DNA of 39,080 bases from a virus (taxonomy: Duplodnaviria; Caudoviricetes): positions 1-39,080 of the IMG/VR virus record IMGVR_UViG_3300031784_000077. One strand, 5' to 3'. Below, one piece after another: positions 9,201-16,969 of the stretch (positions are counted from its first letter, which is position 1; each line of letters opens with the position of its first letter). The notes under the pieces were generated by a model. The model saw only the letters and a list, made by a program, of their open reading frames with translations. It was not told where the DNA came from and searched no databases. Position numbers and translations under genes: made by a program.

Positions 9201-9635
9201 ACCACTAAGAAAAAATGTGTCGCGATATTGCTCAGGCGTCATGCCTGCGGCAAAAGCACCGCGCTTTAAGGAGTCAAGAAACGCAAGCCCCTGCGGTGCA
9301 TCTGCAAGACCCTTTACGGCATCACGCGCAACCTCAAGTGGGTGCCAGTTGTGTACGACGTTGTGCCCAGCCTCATAAAGAGTAAGGGGTGGAGACTCTT
9401 GTGTACGGTATCCATATTTGGGGTCGATAAGGGCGTTGCGCACCTGAGCCTTGACGGGTTCGCCGTCAGGCCCAATAATTGGCTGACCGTTTTCATCCAA
9501 CTGGACTTCTTCATAAAGCTTGCGCTCTGATGGCTTAGCTTTAAGCCATTTTCCAACCATATCTACGGCGCCAAGTAACCCTTGGGCCTCTAGCTGATCC
9601 GCAGTTCCGATTGCTGGTACATCATCTTTAGCCAT
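6255..9635 (-). CDS. Large putative internal virion / DNA ejection protein (1126 aa)
   Basis: Long ORF with AGGCG upstream, following the 1849-aa protein in the position of podoviral ejection genes; predominantly helical composition; C-terminal QARGG / YKAGGKV motifs. No catalytic motif recognised. Confidence 0.6.
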   Translation of the reverse strand: MAKDDVPAIGTADQLEAQGLLGAVDMVGKWLKAKPSERKLYEEVQLDENGQPIIGPDGEPVKAQVRNALIDPKYGYRTQESPPLTLYEAGHNVVHNWHPLEVARDAVKGLADAPQGLAFLDSLKRGAFAAGMTPEQYRDTFFLSGGNGWQSGLMPMGFNPFAPTFVDPVDANKMDLETAAKRRQEDLANYKMALALYGVYNPKTKELSFDWNGFARDLTQHPAEVGSLFVGGGAGFSKVASWLGKASGLENGLSLVQNLSRLKGTRLVSPEEFSGTASAMQAVRDFGTAVVDKAKVARDVYRSAAATDVGKGLTKALDVTGKALDLTGRGLDPITPIVGKVGAQAIETGVNTARQISPYKVSIYSPEFNREWGAFQKAEEQKLIDSGVPAEQIISIPTQRGIWEQFQAETGDKFDNPFSKEANAAFDALEDQGRGFKRENYAPPYIGGVIDQTINRKGKGITPAILAEGAIRTAAPEGGGLTGVPARNTKDAIGITRSTATNEPPGILQQNKGMGQSGLFSSNREAAARTSTTNQLGDYLSENLGGQGANPVTYQDIAEDFIRADLEKRNAYQWSYDKAAETEGGGVYTDPDAFVTKFQQEYDAALRKQGLSAQDVAKNPSLFPNSAASFDNSIKNIGGYGQTVEPLTATIPGINTTYTYNPAIPTWIDANSGKPALPDLVRYLNQENAASIAAGQAPPRNMLNLQNLEIERKRLNAVAQKAYQSGNMGDYKAAMAQVDALDNTAIDMAPTHNGPKINEAINHLAEARKEFRNWRQNGIDAPPTPANDIVRTAAQRTFDLTQRDPATGRFVFSSEPDAATYIGDVFKDKFVGEKGVTPSYQNPNALIDVLTDPNRGLMTDPTLVQDYIRTGYGQQGASPQDLAAFHSTYGNRNILDPNEANLFERSMAARAATDPNAIPQREPFKLVRDLDANMGVGQRIYERAKPLIRGTFGYLAGSTIDPTGTLGYMAGTGALGSGPASRGAADLGLLRNELGGAPKYSVDIPQWTVNAPLRTSGVVSGYQDAKQTAQNDSDANAMMESQNIADAEKLAAQFEQQQQQQPQPQARGGRAAYKAGGKVGGIEPLIQALMNKAKMAKKVSNKATEPLLNERDDAIASALAVAQKAI

Positions 9636-9646
9636 TACGCCCTCAC

Positions 9647-12600
9647 CTACCGCTGCATTGTTTTACTTGCCATTTTTCCATTTGCGTCCCGATAGTACAC
9701 TTTTGTACCATTCTTAACAGTGGGATCATTGACGGCTGCTTGATACGACGGGGCATAAACCATCGGATTTTGGGGTGTGCTATTAGGCAAATCCGAGATA
9801 CCCGGTGCCCTTTTTGGTCCAGACGCCTTTTGTGAGCCGGATGTGCCGGGGACTGCCGCTGGTGCCCCTGCCGGACTCGCTGGCGGCGTAGCTGGCGTCG
9901 CAGTCGCAGTCCTAGTATTGGCGTTGTTAATGGAGGGAGTCGCGGTCGGATAGAGCGATTTTTTGGCTCGTTCAAGGCGCTCATCAGCGGTTCTAATATT
10001 CCGGTCAAGAACACCAACGACTGCCGCAACGGCAGCCGTGCTATTTTCAACGCTAAGGGACGCAGGCGAAATACCGGTACCTTCAAGCAGCGTGGAAAGC
10101 GCCGCAATCCTTTGCGCGTTTGTCTGACCTGAGCCAACAATATTCGCTGGAGCGCCATTTGCCAAAGCGGCGCTTGCAACCCTATTCCAGAATGATGTTG
10201 TTGCGCCAAGCTGAAGTTCCTGTCCGGAATCAAGCAATTTCTTAATGTCGCCAACGACATTCCTGATTGCCTCATTCTTAAGGACAATATCCTCAGCCTT
10301 GGCATAAGTGTCAAGGTTGGCAGAGCCAATGTTAGCGACACTGGTATTGAATGCCTGTAGCTTAGGATCAGCGACTGCGCGGAATGCGTCCATATACGCC
10401 TTATCGGCTGTTGCGTATCTGGATTGAGCGGCCACAAGACGGGTTTGTGCCAATTCTATGTCACTTGGAGAAGCATATTGACTGCCCAGCAGCTCTTGTT
10501 GGGCAGCCATGTCAGCTTGTGCCTGTGCGCGTTCATTAAAGTATTGGGCGACATTAGGGTTCGCGTTTGCCCCAGCGACGATGCCCTCAACGCTATTGTC
10601 GCTGGGAGGGGTTGCCGACTTAAACTTAACCACATCTCGCACAGTTTTGGTTGGGGTATACAACTGAGCGCCTTCAGGGACGTCAGGCATGTATTGACCA
10701 GAACCCGTAAGCATTTGCTGTATCATGGCTTGCTTTTGACCGGGCGTAACCAAAAAAGTGTCTTCGCCGGGAGGAGCGCCGGGCTTGGTAAAGGTAAAGT
10801 TCTTACCATCAGGCGCAAGGCGGAAGAATTGATCAGCCAATGTCCTTGCAACCTCAGCCTGCTTGGCAGCGGCAGCCTGACGGACAGGAAGCTGCTTGTT
10901 GCGCTCATTAGCCAAGTTTTGATACGATTGCGCACCAGCGCCAAGGCCAGTCGCGAGTGCTACGCCAAGGCTGCGCGTAGGCGCAGTGCCCATGGCAGCA
11001 ATACCGGTCAGTAGTGGGATGATCGATCCAGCAGACCCGCGCTTAATGCCTTTGAAAAAGGGTTCAGACAGGTAATCATAGCTGTAGGGCGCAACTGCCC
11101 CACCCTCAAGGCTGACAGGATTTTGCCTACCACGACCAAAAATAGTTTTGCGCATGGCTTCCTGCGGCTTGCCACGAGGGTCTAGCTTTGCGGTTACCAC
11201 AATGTCATCCACTACCGGTGGCTTCTTTTCAGCGTCTTCCACTACCGGTGGCGCGACACCAGTGGCGTTAGGTTTGGCATCGGCTGGCGTGGAAGCAGCA
11301 ACGGAAGTGGCATCAGGGCCCGCTGCACCAAGACCGCCCTCTTTGCGCCTTGAAGGCTCTGGAGTTACTGTCTGGATTGGGGTTGCCGCAGTAATTTCTT
11401 CAGCCAACTCTTCTTCAGTTTTTGGAACGCCGCCATCCTGATACCCATCACGCCCTGCAAGGCCACCTGAAGCAAAGCCAATTTCCTTGGCGCGCTTTGC
11501 CATGGTGTTGCCGGTCCAGTTAATGAGTTCGCCAACGGTGCGGATCTTCCTTTTCGCAAACACATCTGGGTTGGCAGTAATTGCGTCTTTATCAACAGCC
11601 AATTCAACTGGCGTATTGGGGTCTGCCCTCAGCGCCCTTACAGCGCCAGAAGGCCCAAGGAAGTGGGCCAAATAGACGTTACGGGCATTTGTATCGAACC
11701 CATATTTCCTGAGATGTTTTGCGTTGTCCGCAATAATCATTGGGCCGAATTGAAGGTTAAGCTTGCGACCTTCGGGCGTGGTGCGAAGAGCCCTAATGCC
11801 TGCATCGCCCAATTCACGAGCCTGCTGCGGGAATGCCTTTTTAAAATAACTGACGTATGTGTCCTTAACAATTCCATACCTACCGAGCGCCGAAGAAGTC
11901 TTGGCTTGACCGTCCCCTTCAGCCGCAAAGATAATCTTTGCAATTCCGGACAGGTCTTTGGGCAAAGATGCCGGTACTGGCAGCAAACCGGCAGCCTTGG
12001 GCGCACCAGCAAGACCCTGATCACGGGGCGCATTTTTGCGGGCCTCCAATTCTTCGCGGAATTTTTTATTGGATGCCGCAAAGTTATCGACACGCTGTGG
12101 TGCAGCTTCAGGCTTGCGGCGCAGCAAAGACTCAAAGTGGCTATCGTTGCCAGCTATCAAATCTTCAGGATCTAGGTTGAAATCAAAGCCCTGTTCATTT
12201 TCTTCAGGAGCAGCCATTTCAGCACCCATCAAGCCAGCGGTTGGCTCACCACCCATCGCGAAATGACCGCGCTTAGCAGCGCCAGAGGTTGCCTTGGCGT
12301 AATCGACAGTCTTGTACTTGCCAGCCAAGCCAACAGCATGAGGCTTATGACCCTCAACCTCTTGAGCAAGAAGCCCGATTTGGGTGCGCGGATCACCCTT
12401 ATAGTTATAGCTATGGACAATCTGGCCGTCAAAAAGCTTACCAATTGGCTTGATGTTTTCTTTCAGGCGCTTGTCGGAGAACATGGCGGCTACCTTAGCC
12501 ACAGTGCCTGCAATTTGGGCAACCTTGGCAGTCTTGCTGAGTCCGCTTTCAGGCTTTTCAAGCGAAGCCGCAGTCATTGGCTGACGCGAGGCATCCAAAT

Positions 12601-15196
12601 CATCCCCTTCAGGAATGTCCAGACCCTGACCACCATAAGGCGTACCGCCGGTTGAAAAGAGACCAATCTTTTGCCCAAATTTACCCAATTTCATTCCGGT
12701 ATCGGCCACATTGGCTACCTTGCTAAGCTTGTCGAGACCGCTTTGCTGACCCGGAAGATTGCCAGCCGTCATGGGGCCGTTTGAGCCACCAGCAAGGGCA
12801 TCCGTTGGGATGTCTAATCCCTGACCGCCGTAAGGGATGCCGCCGCCCATGGCATAATCCTCTGCCCTTTCGGTATCAGATAAAACGCCTATTTCCTTCA
12901 GAAGATCTTTCGAAATACGATATTTGTCGTCTTCAGGTTTTTTGTCATCGCCCCAAGCGCCTATGCCTTCGCCAAACTTATTGATGCTGCTACCAAGATC
13001 AACCATGGTCTTGGCCTGCTCAGCACCAGTGGCTCTCTGTGGCAGCGCGGAGGGCGTCATTAACTGGCTTGGAGCGAAGCTTGACTGCGGCACAAGGCCA
13101 CCGCCAGCATTTGGTCCGCCAGCGTAAATCCCGCCACTGGTAAGCGGGGCGTACATAGCCTGCTGCGCCTCAAGCATTTGCTGCATTACGGCTGGATCGT
13201 ACCCAGCAAGACCGCCGTTGGAGAAGCCCTGACCTGCGTTATATGGCATTACGCTGCCACCAGCGCTTGCAAGGCCACCAGAAGCCATATGGCCACGGTC
13301 GGCGGCATCTTCAGTTGCCTTGTCGTAGTCAACGGTCTTGTAGCCACCAGCAAGGCCAACAGCCTCCGGATGATGCTTCTGGACCTCTTGCGCGATCAGA
13401 CCGATCTGTGTGCGCGGATCGCCCTTGTAGTTGTAGCTGTGGATGGTCTGGCCATCGAAGGTCTTACCGACGGCCTTGATGTTTTCCTTCAGACGTTCGT
13501 CAGAGAAAAAGCCACCGGGCTGTGTAGTTGTGGTTGTAGAGCCTTGCGCCGTACCGGTGCCAAGAGCGATGTTGCTTGCCAATTGAAGCTGCTGGTATGG
13601 CAGCGATTGAGCCTGAAGGAATTGATTGTACAGAGCATTGTTTTCAGCCTGCTGAGTGGCTTGCTGTGCTTGACCTGCCGTCATTTGGGCAGCAGCGCCT
13701 TGCAGGGCCGCAGTTTGAGCGCCTGTGCCAAGGGCAGCAAGCTGGCTGGCTGTGTTGGCTCCTATGTTGTAAAGCCCACTGCCCAATGCCGCTGATGTTC
13801 CCGCTGCCGTGTTTCCTTGGTTAAATAGTTGCTGACCAAGAGCAGCCTGCTGTTGGGCTGCTGTAGCGCTTTGTGCAAACTGTTGCTGACCCAAAGCGGC
13901 CTGCTGCTGGGCTGCGGTGGCGTTTTGTGCAAACTGCTGTTGACCCAAAGCGGCTTGCTGAGCCGCTGTTGTGGCACCCTGATTGAAGAGTGTATTGCCC
14001 ACAGCAGATTGCTGCTGGGCAGTGTTTGTACCTTGGCCGTAAACCTGCTGCCCAAGGGCGGCGGTATTTTGGCCAGTGGTGTTGTTCATGTTAAAGAGTT
14101 GCTGACCAAGAGCGCCCTGCTGCTGTGCGGCGGCAAGCCCTTGTCCGAAGCCCTGCTGGCCAATGGCAAGCGCCTGTTGCGCAGCCTGCTGTTGCGCAGC
14201 CCGGTTGGCTTGAGAGGCACCAAGGTTAAGCTGCTGTTGCTGCTGGGCTGTGTTAAGCGCCTGCCCATAGCCCTGATTAAGAAGGCCAGAAAAGATTTGA
14301 GCGTTAGCTAAATTCTGCTGCTGATTCAGGTTCGCCGCAGCAATCCCTCCACGGTCGCCGCCAAAAGCACCAGAGCGGATGGCATTACCCATCTGCCCAG
14401 CCTGCTGTTGCTGGTTCTGCTGATTAAGAAGGCCAGCGGTGCCCTGCAAAACGGTGCCGAGGAACGGCGACATGTACCTGTTGATCTCATCAGCGCCCAA
14501 TTCAGTCGGGTTCACCGCCTGAGCGCCGCTGGTCATGTAATTAGTGGCTATACCCTGATACGGCTGCGCGCCAGCAAGTGCCTGTTGGGTTCCGGCCAAG
14601 GACCGATTCGTTATATCACTACCCTGCGCCAATCCCTGTTGGTATAGGCCACCAGCGGCTTGGTTGTAAGGCTGCGCCGACGCATAAGCTGCGCCCAAAT
14701 TATTGAGTGCGTTACGCTGTATCCCTGATCCCTCGCCATACGCTGCGTTGAGCGTGTTTGAGGATTGCCCAGCATACTGGTTTCCGACGTTCAGAGCATT
14801 ATTTAAACTACCAGATGACTGGGTTGCGTACTGGTTTCCGGCGTTCAGAGCATTATTCAAACTAGCGGATGACTGGTTTGCATACTGGTTCCCAGCAGTT
14901 ACACCTTGGTTCAGTTGGCTGGTGGCATTTTGATAGTAAGGAGTCACCCCTTGCTGAGCGTTATTAAGCTGGTTTGTTGCATTGCCGTAATATGATTGGG
15001 CCATATTCGATGCGGCATTCGTGTTAGCAATACCTGCCTGTTGCGTAGCCGTCAGCGGGGCGACAAACTGCCCTTGGTAATATTGAAAGGGCTGAGTGGT
15101 GACCGTATCAGCACGGGCGTTGATCGCATTATACCTAGCCAACACCTCTGGTGGGATGCTGATTGCCTGTGTTGACCTAGTGGTTTTACCGCCCAT
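9647..15196 (-). CDS. Giant internal virion / ejection protein (1849 aa): Gln-rich 18-aa repeats, two S74 domains, lytic transglycosylase-like domain
   Basis: N-terminus MGGKTTRSTQ...VAPLTATQQAGI...YMSPF of pilot/ejection type; FFSDERLKENIK and MFSDKRLKENIK S74 domains; AAEGDG..SSALGRY...YLAHFLGPSGA lysozyme-like domain. Confidence 0.8.
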   Translation of the reverse strand: MGGKTTRSTQAISIPPEVLARYNAINARADTVTTQPFQYYQGQFVAPLTATQQAGIANTNAASNMAQSYYGNATNQLNNAQQGVTPYYQNATSQLNQGVTAGNQYANQSSASLNNALNAGNQYATQSSGSLNNALNVGNQYAGQSSNTLNAAYGEGSGIQRNALNNLGAAYASAQPYNQAAGGLYQQGLAQGSDITNRSLAGTQQALAGAQPYQGIATNYMTSGAQAVNPTELGADEINRYMSPFLGTVLQGTAGLLNQQNQQQQAGQMGNAIRSGAFGGDRGGIAAANLNQQQNLANAQIFSGLLNQGYGQALNTAQQQQQLNLGASQANRAAQQQAAQQALAIGQQGFGQGLAAAQQQGALGQQLFNMNNTTGQNTAALGQQVYGQGTNTAQQQSAVGNTLFNQGATTAAQQAALGQQQFAQNATAAQQQAALGQQQFAQSATAAQQQAALGQQLFNQGNTAAGTSAALGSGLYNIGANTASQLAALGTGAQTAALQGAAAQMTAGQAQQATQQAENNALYNQFLQAQSLPYQQLQLASNIALGTGTAQGSTTTTTQPGGFFSDERLKENIKAVGKTFDGQTIHSYNYKGDPRTQIGLIAQEVQKHHPEAVGLAGGYKTVDYDKATEDAADRGHMASGGLASAGGSVMPYNAGQGFSNGGLAGYDPAVMQQMLEAQQAMYAPLTSGGIYAGGPNAGGGLVPQSSFAPSQLMTPSALPQRATGAEQAKTMVDLGSSINKFGEGIGAWGDDKKPEDDKYRISKDLLKEIGVLSDTERAEDYAMGGGIPYGGQGLDIPTDALAGGSNGPMTAGNLPGQQSGLDKLSKVANVADTGMKLGKFGQKIGLFSTGGTPYGGQGLDIPEGDDLDASRQPMTAASLEKPESGLSKTAKVAQIAGTVAKVAAMFSDKRLKENIKPIGKLFDGQIVHSYNYKGDPRTQIGLLAQEVEGHKPHAVGLAGKYKTVDYAKATSGAAKRGHFAMGGEPTAGLMGAEMAAPEENEQGFDFNLDPEDLIAGNDSHFESLLRRKPEAAPQRVDNFAASNKKFREELEARKNAPRDQGLAGAPKAAGLLPVPASLPKDLSGIAKIIFAAEGDGQAKTSSALGRYGIVKDTYVSYFKKAFPQQARELGDAGIRALRTTPEGRKLNLQFGPMIIADNAKHLRKYGFDTNARNVYLAHFLGPSGAVRALRADPNTPVELAVDKDAITANPDVFAKRKIRTVGELINWTGNTMAKRAKEIGFASGGLAGRDGYQDGGVPKTEEELAEEITAATPIQTVTPEPSRRKEGGLGAAGPDATSVAASTPADAKPNATGVAPPVVEDAEKKPPVVDDIVVTAKLDPRGKPQEAMRKTIFGRGRQNPVSLEGGAVAPYSYDYLSEPFFKGIKRGSAGSIIPLLTGIAAMGTAPTRSLGVALATGLGAGAQSYQNLANERNKQLPVRQAAAAKQAEVARTLADQFFRLAPDGKNFTFTKPGAPPGEDTFLVTPGQKQAMIQQMLTGSGQYMPDVPEGAQLYTPTKTVRDVVKFKSATPPSDNSVEGIVAGANANPNVAQYFNERAQAQADMAAQQELLGSQYASPSDIELAQTRLVAAQSRYATADKAYMDAFRAVADPKLQAFNTSVANIGSANLDTYAKAEDIVLKNEAIRNVVGDIKKLLDSGQELQLGATTSFWNRVASAALANGAPANIVGSGQTNAQRIAALSTLLEGTGISPASLSVENSTAAVAAVVGVLDRNIRTADERLERAKKSLYPTATPSINNANTRTATATPATPPASPAGAPAAVPGTSGSQKASGPKRAPGISDLPNSTPQNPMVYAPSYQAAVNDPTVKNGTKVYYRDANGKMASKTMQR
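13730..14180 (-). repeat. Tandem 54-bp / 18-aa Gln-rich repeat (consensus QQQAALGQQxFxQxATAA), about 8-9 copies
   Basis: QQQGALGQQLFNMNNTTG / QNTAALGQQVYGQGTNTA / QQQSAVGNTLFNQGATTA / AQQAALGQQQFAQNATAA / QQQAALGQQQFAQSATAA / QQQAALGQQLFNQGNTAA read directly from the translation. Confidence 0.9.
14550..15020 (-). repeat. Second 18-aa periodic block (LNNALNAGNQYATQSSGS type)
   Basis: LNQGVTAGNQYANQSSAS / LNNALNAGNQYATQSSGS / LNNALNVGNQYAGQSSNT with degenerate flanking copies; near-identical 54-bp DNA units around 14770-14900. Confidence 0.85.
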
Positions 15197-15709
15197 TTAA
15201 TGCTCCGTTCTGGAGTAATCCCCAGTTTTCGCGCCGTATAGGAAAAAAGCACCGCTTGGCTTCCCAAACTGGCGCTCATACATCCGTACCTTAGCTTCCG
15301 TCCTGTTATTGGACAATACACCAATTATGAGGGGAATTCCAAGGGTATCAGATACTTTCTTGCTAAATTCGCACAAACGCCTTGCGCGACCGCCTTTTGC
15401 GCTGCGAAATTCAGGGTGAATGAAGATGGCTTTTTCCTCAACGACTGGCGCTTCTGAGTACCACATTGTGCCAATTCGAAGGACCACAATGCCTTCAATC
15501 GCTCCGTCTTTTGGGCCAATTAACCCCACAATACCGTGATCTTGGCACAGGGCTGGGTATATTTCTTGAACTAATTTTGCTGGACTTGCTTCAAGGAAGC
15601 CATTTTCTTCAGTCGCCTGCATGGCAACAACCATAATTTCGTCAAGATCCTCAGGCGTACCAACGCGAATATAAAGGTCATTTGGATTGGTTTTATCTGT
15701 CATAATCAA
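15197..15709 (-). CDS. GNAT-family acetyltransferase-like protein
   Basis: IRVGTPEDLDEI start and IFIHPEFRSAKGGRARRL acetyl-CoA-binding-like motif, C-terminal RMYERQFG; lies just before the ejection genes. Confidence 0.7.
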   Translation of the reverse strand: MIMTDKTNPNDLYIRVGTPEDLDEIMVVAMQATEENGFLEASPAKLVQEIYPALCQDHGIVGLIGPKDGAIEGIVVLRIGTMWYSEAPVVEEKAIFIHPEFRSAKGGRARRLCEFSKKVSDTLGIPLIIGVLSNNRTEAKVRMYERQFGKPSGAFFLYGAKTGDYSRTEH

Positions 15710-16962
15710 TCTTTCTTAGGTCCGGGTAAATTCTTTAATGTATTAACGGTTTCAGCGCGCATGCGCTTAACGAATTCATCCAATACGCGATGGCCCGTGT
15801 CAAGGTCGCCGCCACCAGCCTGCATTACCTGCTCAGGCGTAACGACATATTCCCCGCCAGCAGCGATGATCGGCACTGTCGCAGCGCCACCTTCGGCTTT
15901 GCCGGGCAGCGGCTCACCGTAAGGTCCGCCTTCGACGCCGTAAGGCTCTTCCTGACCGGTGTATGGTACGCCACCGAAAATGGTGCGCATGTGCTTAAAG
16001 CCAGCCATGGTATTGCCTTCGCCCATGGCGCTGATGATGTCGGCTGGGATGACATAGGAGCCGGACGCCACATGCATTGGCAAGTGGTCTGTGCGGCCCG
16101 CTACAGCACTGTGGATGGGGCCGCTGTGGACCTTTGTGCTGACCTGTCCGCCTGTGGCGCGGGCTGTGCGCGCAGACTGCTTAAACGCCTCCGCTGTGGG
16201 TGCGCCTTCGCTGCCGGGTTTGCGCATGCGCTCCTTTGAGCCATGCTTAATCCGCTCACGCTTTGCGTGAATGTTGGCGTAGAGACCGCCGCCGTAGCGC
16301 TTGCTAATGTCGGGATCTTCCGGATCAAATTGACCATTGTTAAGAGTTGGGGACTTTATCTGATTAGGATTGAAAACAACATACTCTGGTGAGTTGAAGC
16401 CGTTTCCATCAAAAATGATGCCGTCATGATCAGGCGTCAAAGCCTCTAATGCTTTCCGCTTTGCCTCTGGGAATGACATGCCCTGCTTGGTATATTTCTT
16501 AATTGCAGCAGTTGTGTTTAGGGGATTTTCTATTCGGAGATGGGCAGCAACCACATCTCCACGCGGCACCTTAATGCTTGCCCCCTTTTCTCTAGTATAA
16601 CCAGACGCATTGAGAGGGTCTGAAGTAAAGTATGTTCCGGGAACATCGCCTTGACCTGACCTTTTTGTAACTCGACTTGTGTCAAATACCCTAACACCTT
16701 TGGCGGTGCTGCCGTGATAGACAACCTTTGGATTACCCTCTTTGTCCGACACTTTGCTTTTACCAAACCAGCGACGCAAATTCTCTTCGCGGCGCGGATC
16801 GCCATGAGTGATGTCATCTTCATTCCGCCCGCCAGACGCCCGCACCTTGCGCGCAGTTGAAAGCGCAGCAGCGATGCTTTGGTCGCGAGGGTGACCAGAT
16901 TTAATCATCTCAGCTATATTTTTGCTGATGACTTTTTGTGATTTACCGGGCTTTAATGGCAT
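15706..16962 (-). CDS. Multi-cassette virion protein containing an ADP-ribosyltransferase-like (polyvalent-protein type) domain
   Basis: RWFGKSKVSDKEGNPKVVYHGS...GTYFTSD...HLRIENPL...DGIIF...EYVVFNPNQIKS matches the ART-like domain of large polyvalent proteins; flanked by RASGG and KRYGG. Confidence 0.75.
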   Translation of the reverse strand: MPLKPGKSQKVISKNIAEMIKSGHPRDQSIAAALSTARKVRASGGRNEDDITHGDPRREENLRRWFGKSKVSDKEGNPKVVYHGSTAKGVRVFDTSRVTKRSGQGDVPGTYFTSDPLNASGYTREKGASIKVPRGDVVAAHLRIENPLNTTAAIKKYTKQGMSFPEAKRKALEALTPDHDGIIFDGNGFNSPEYVVFNPNQIKSPTLNNGQFDPEDPDISKRYGGGLYANIHAKRERIKHGSKERMRKPGSEGAPTAEAFKQSARTARATGGQVSTKVHSGPIHSAVAGRTDHLPMHVASGSYVIPADIISAMGEGNTMAGFKHMRTIFGGVPYTGQEEPYGVEGGPYGEPLPGKAEGGAATVPIIAAGGEYVVTPEQVMQAGGGDLDTGHRVLDEFVKRMRAETVNTLKNLPGPKKD

Positions 16963-16969
16963 AATTACC

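Noticed and set aside
9643-10437. 264-aa alternative-frame minus-strand ORF overlapping the end of the 1849-aa gene (possible frameshift product)
   Set aside because: Composition looks like an off-frame read; no convincing RBS or slippery site was identified.
12290-13510. S74 duplicate pair as a diversity-generating retroelement TR/VR pair
   Set aside because: Differences are largely synonymous and not adenine-specific, both copies are in frame in one gene, and no reverse transcriptase is present in the window.
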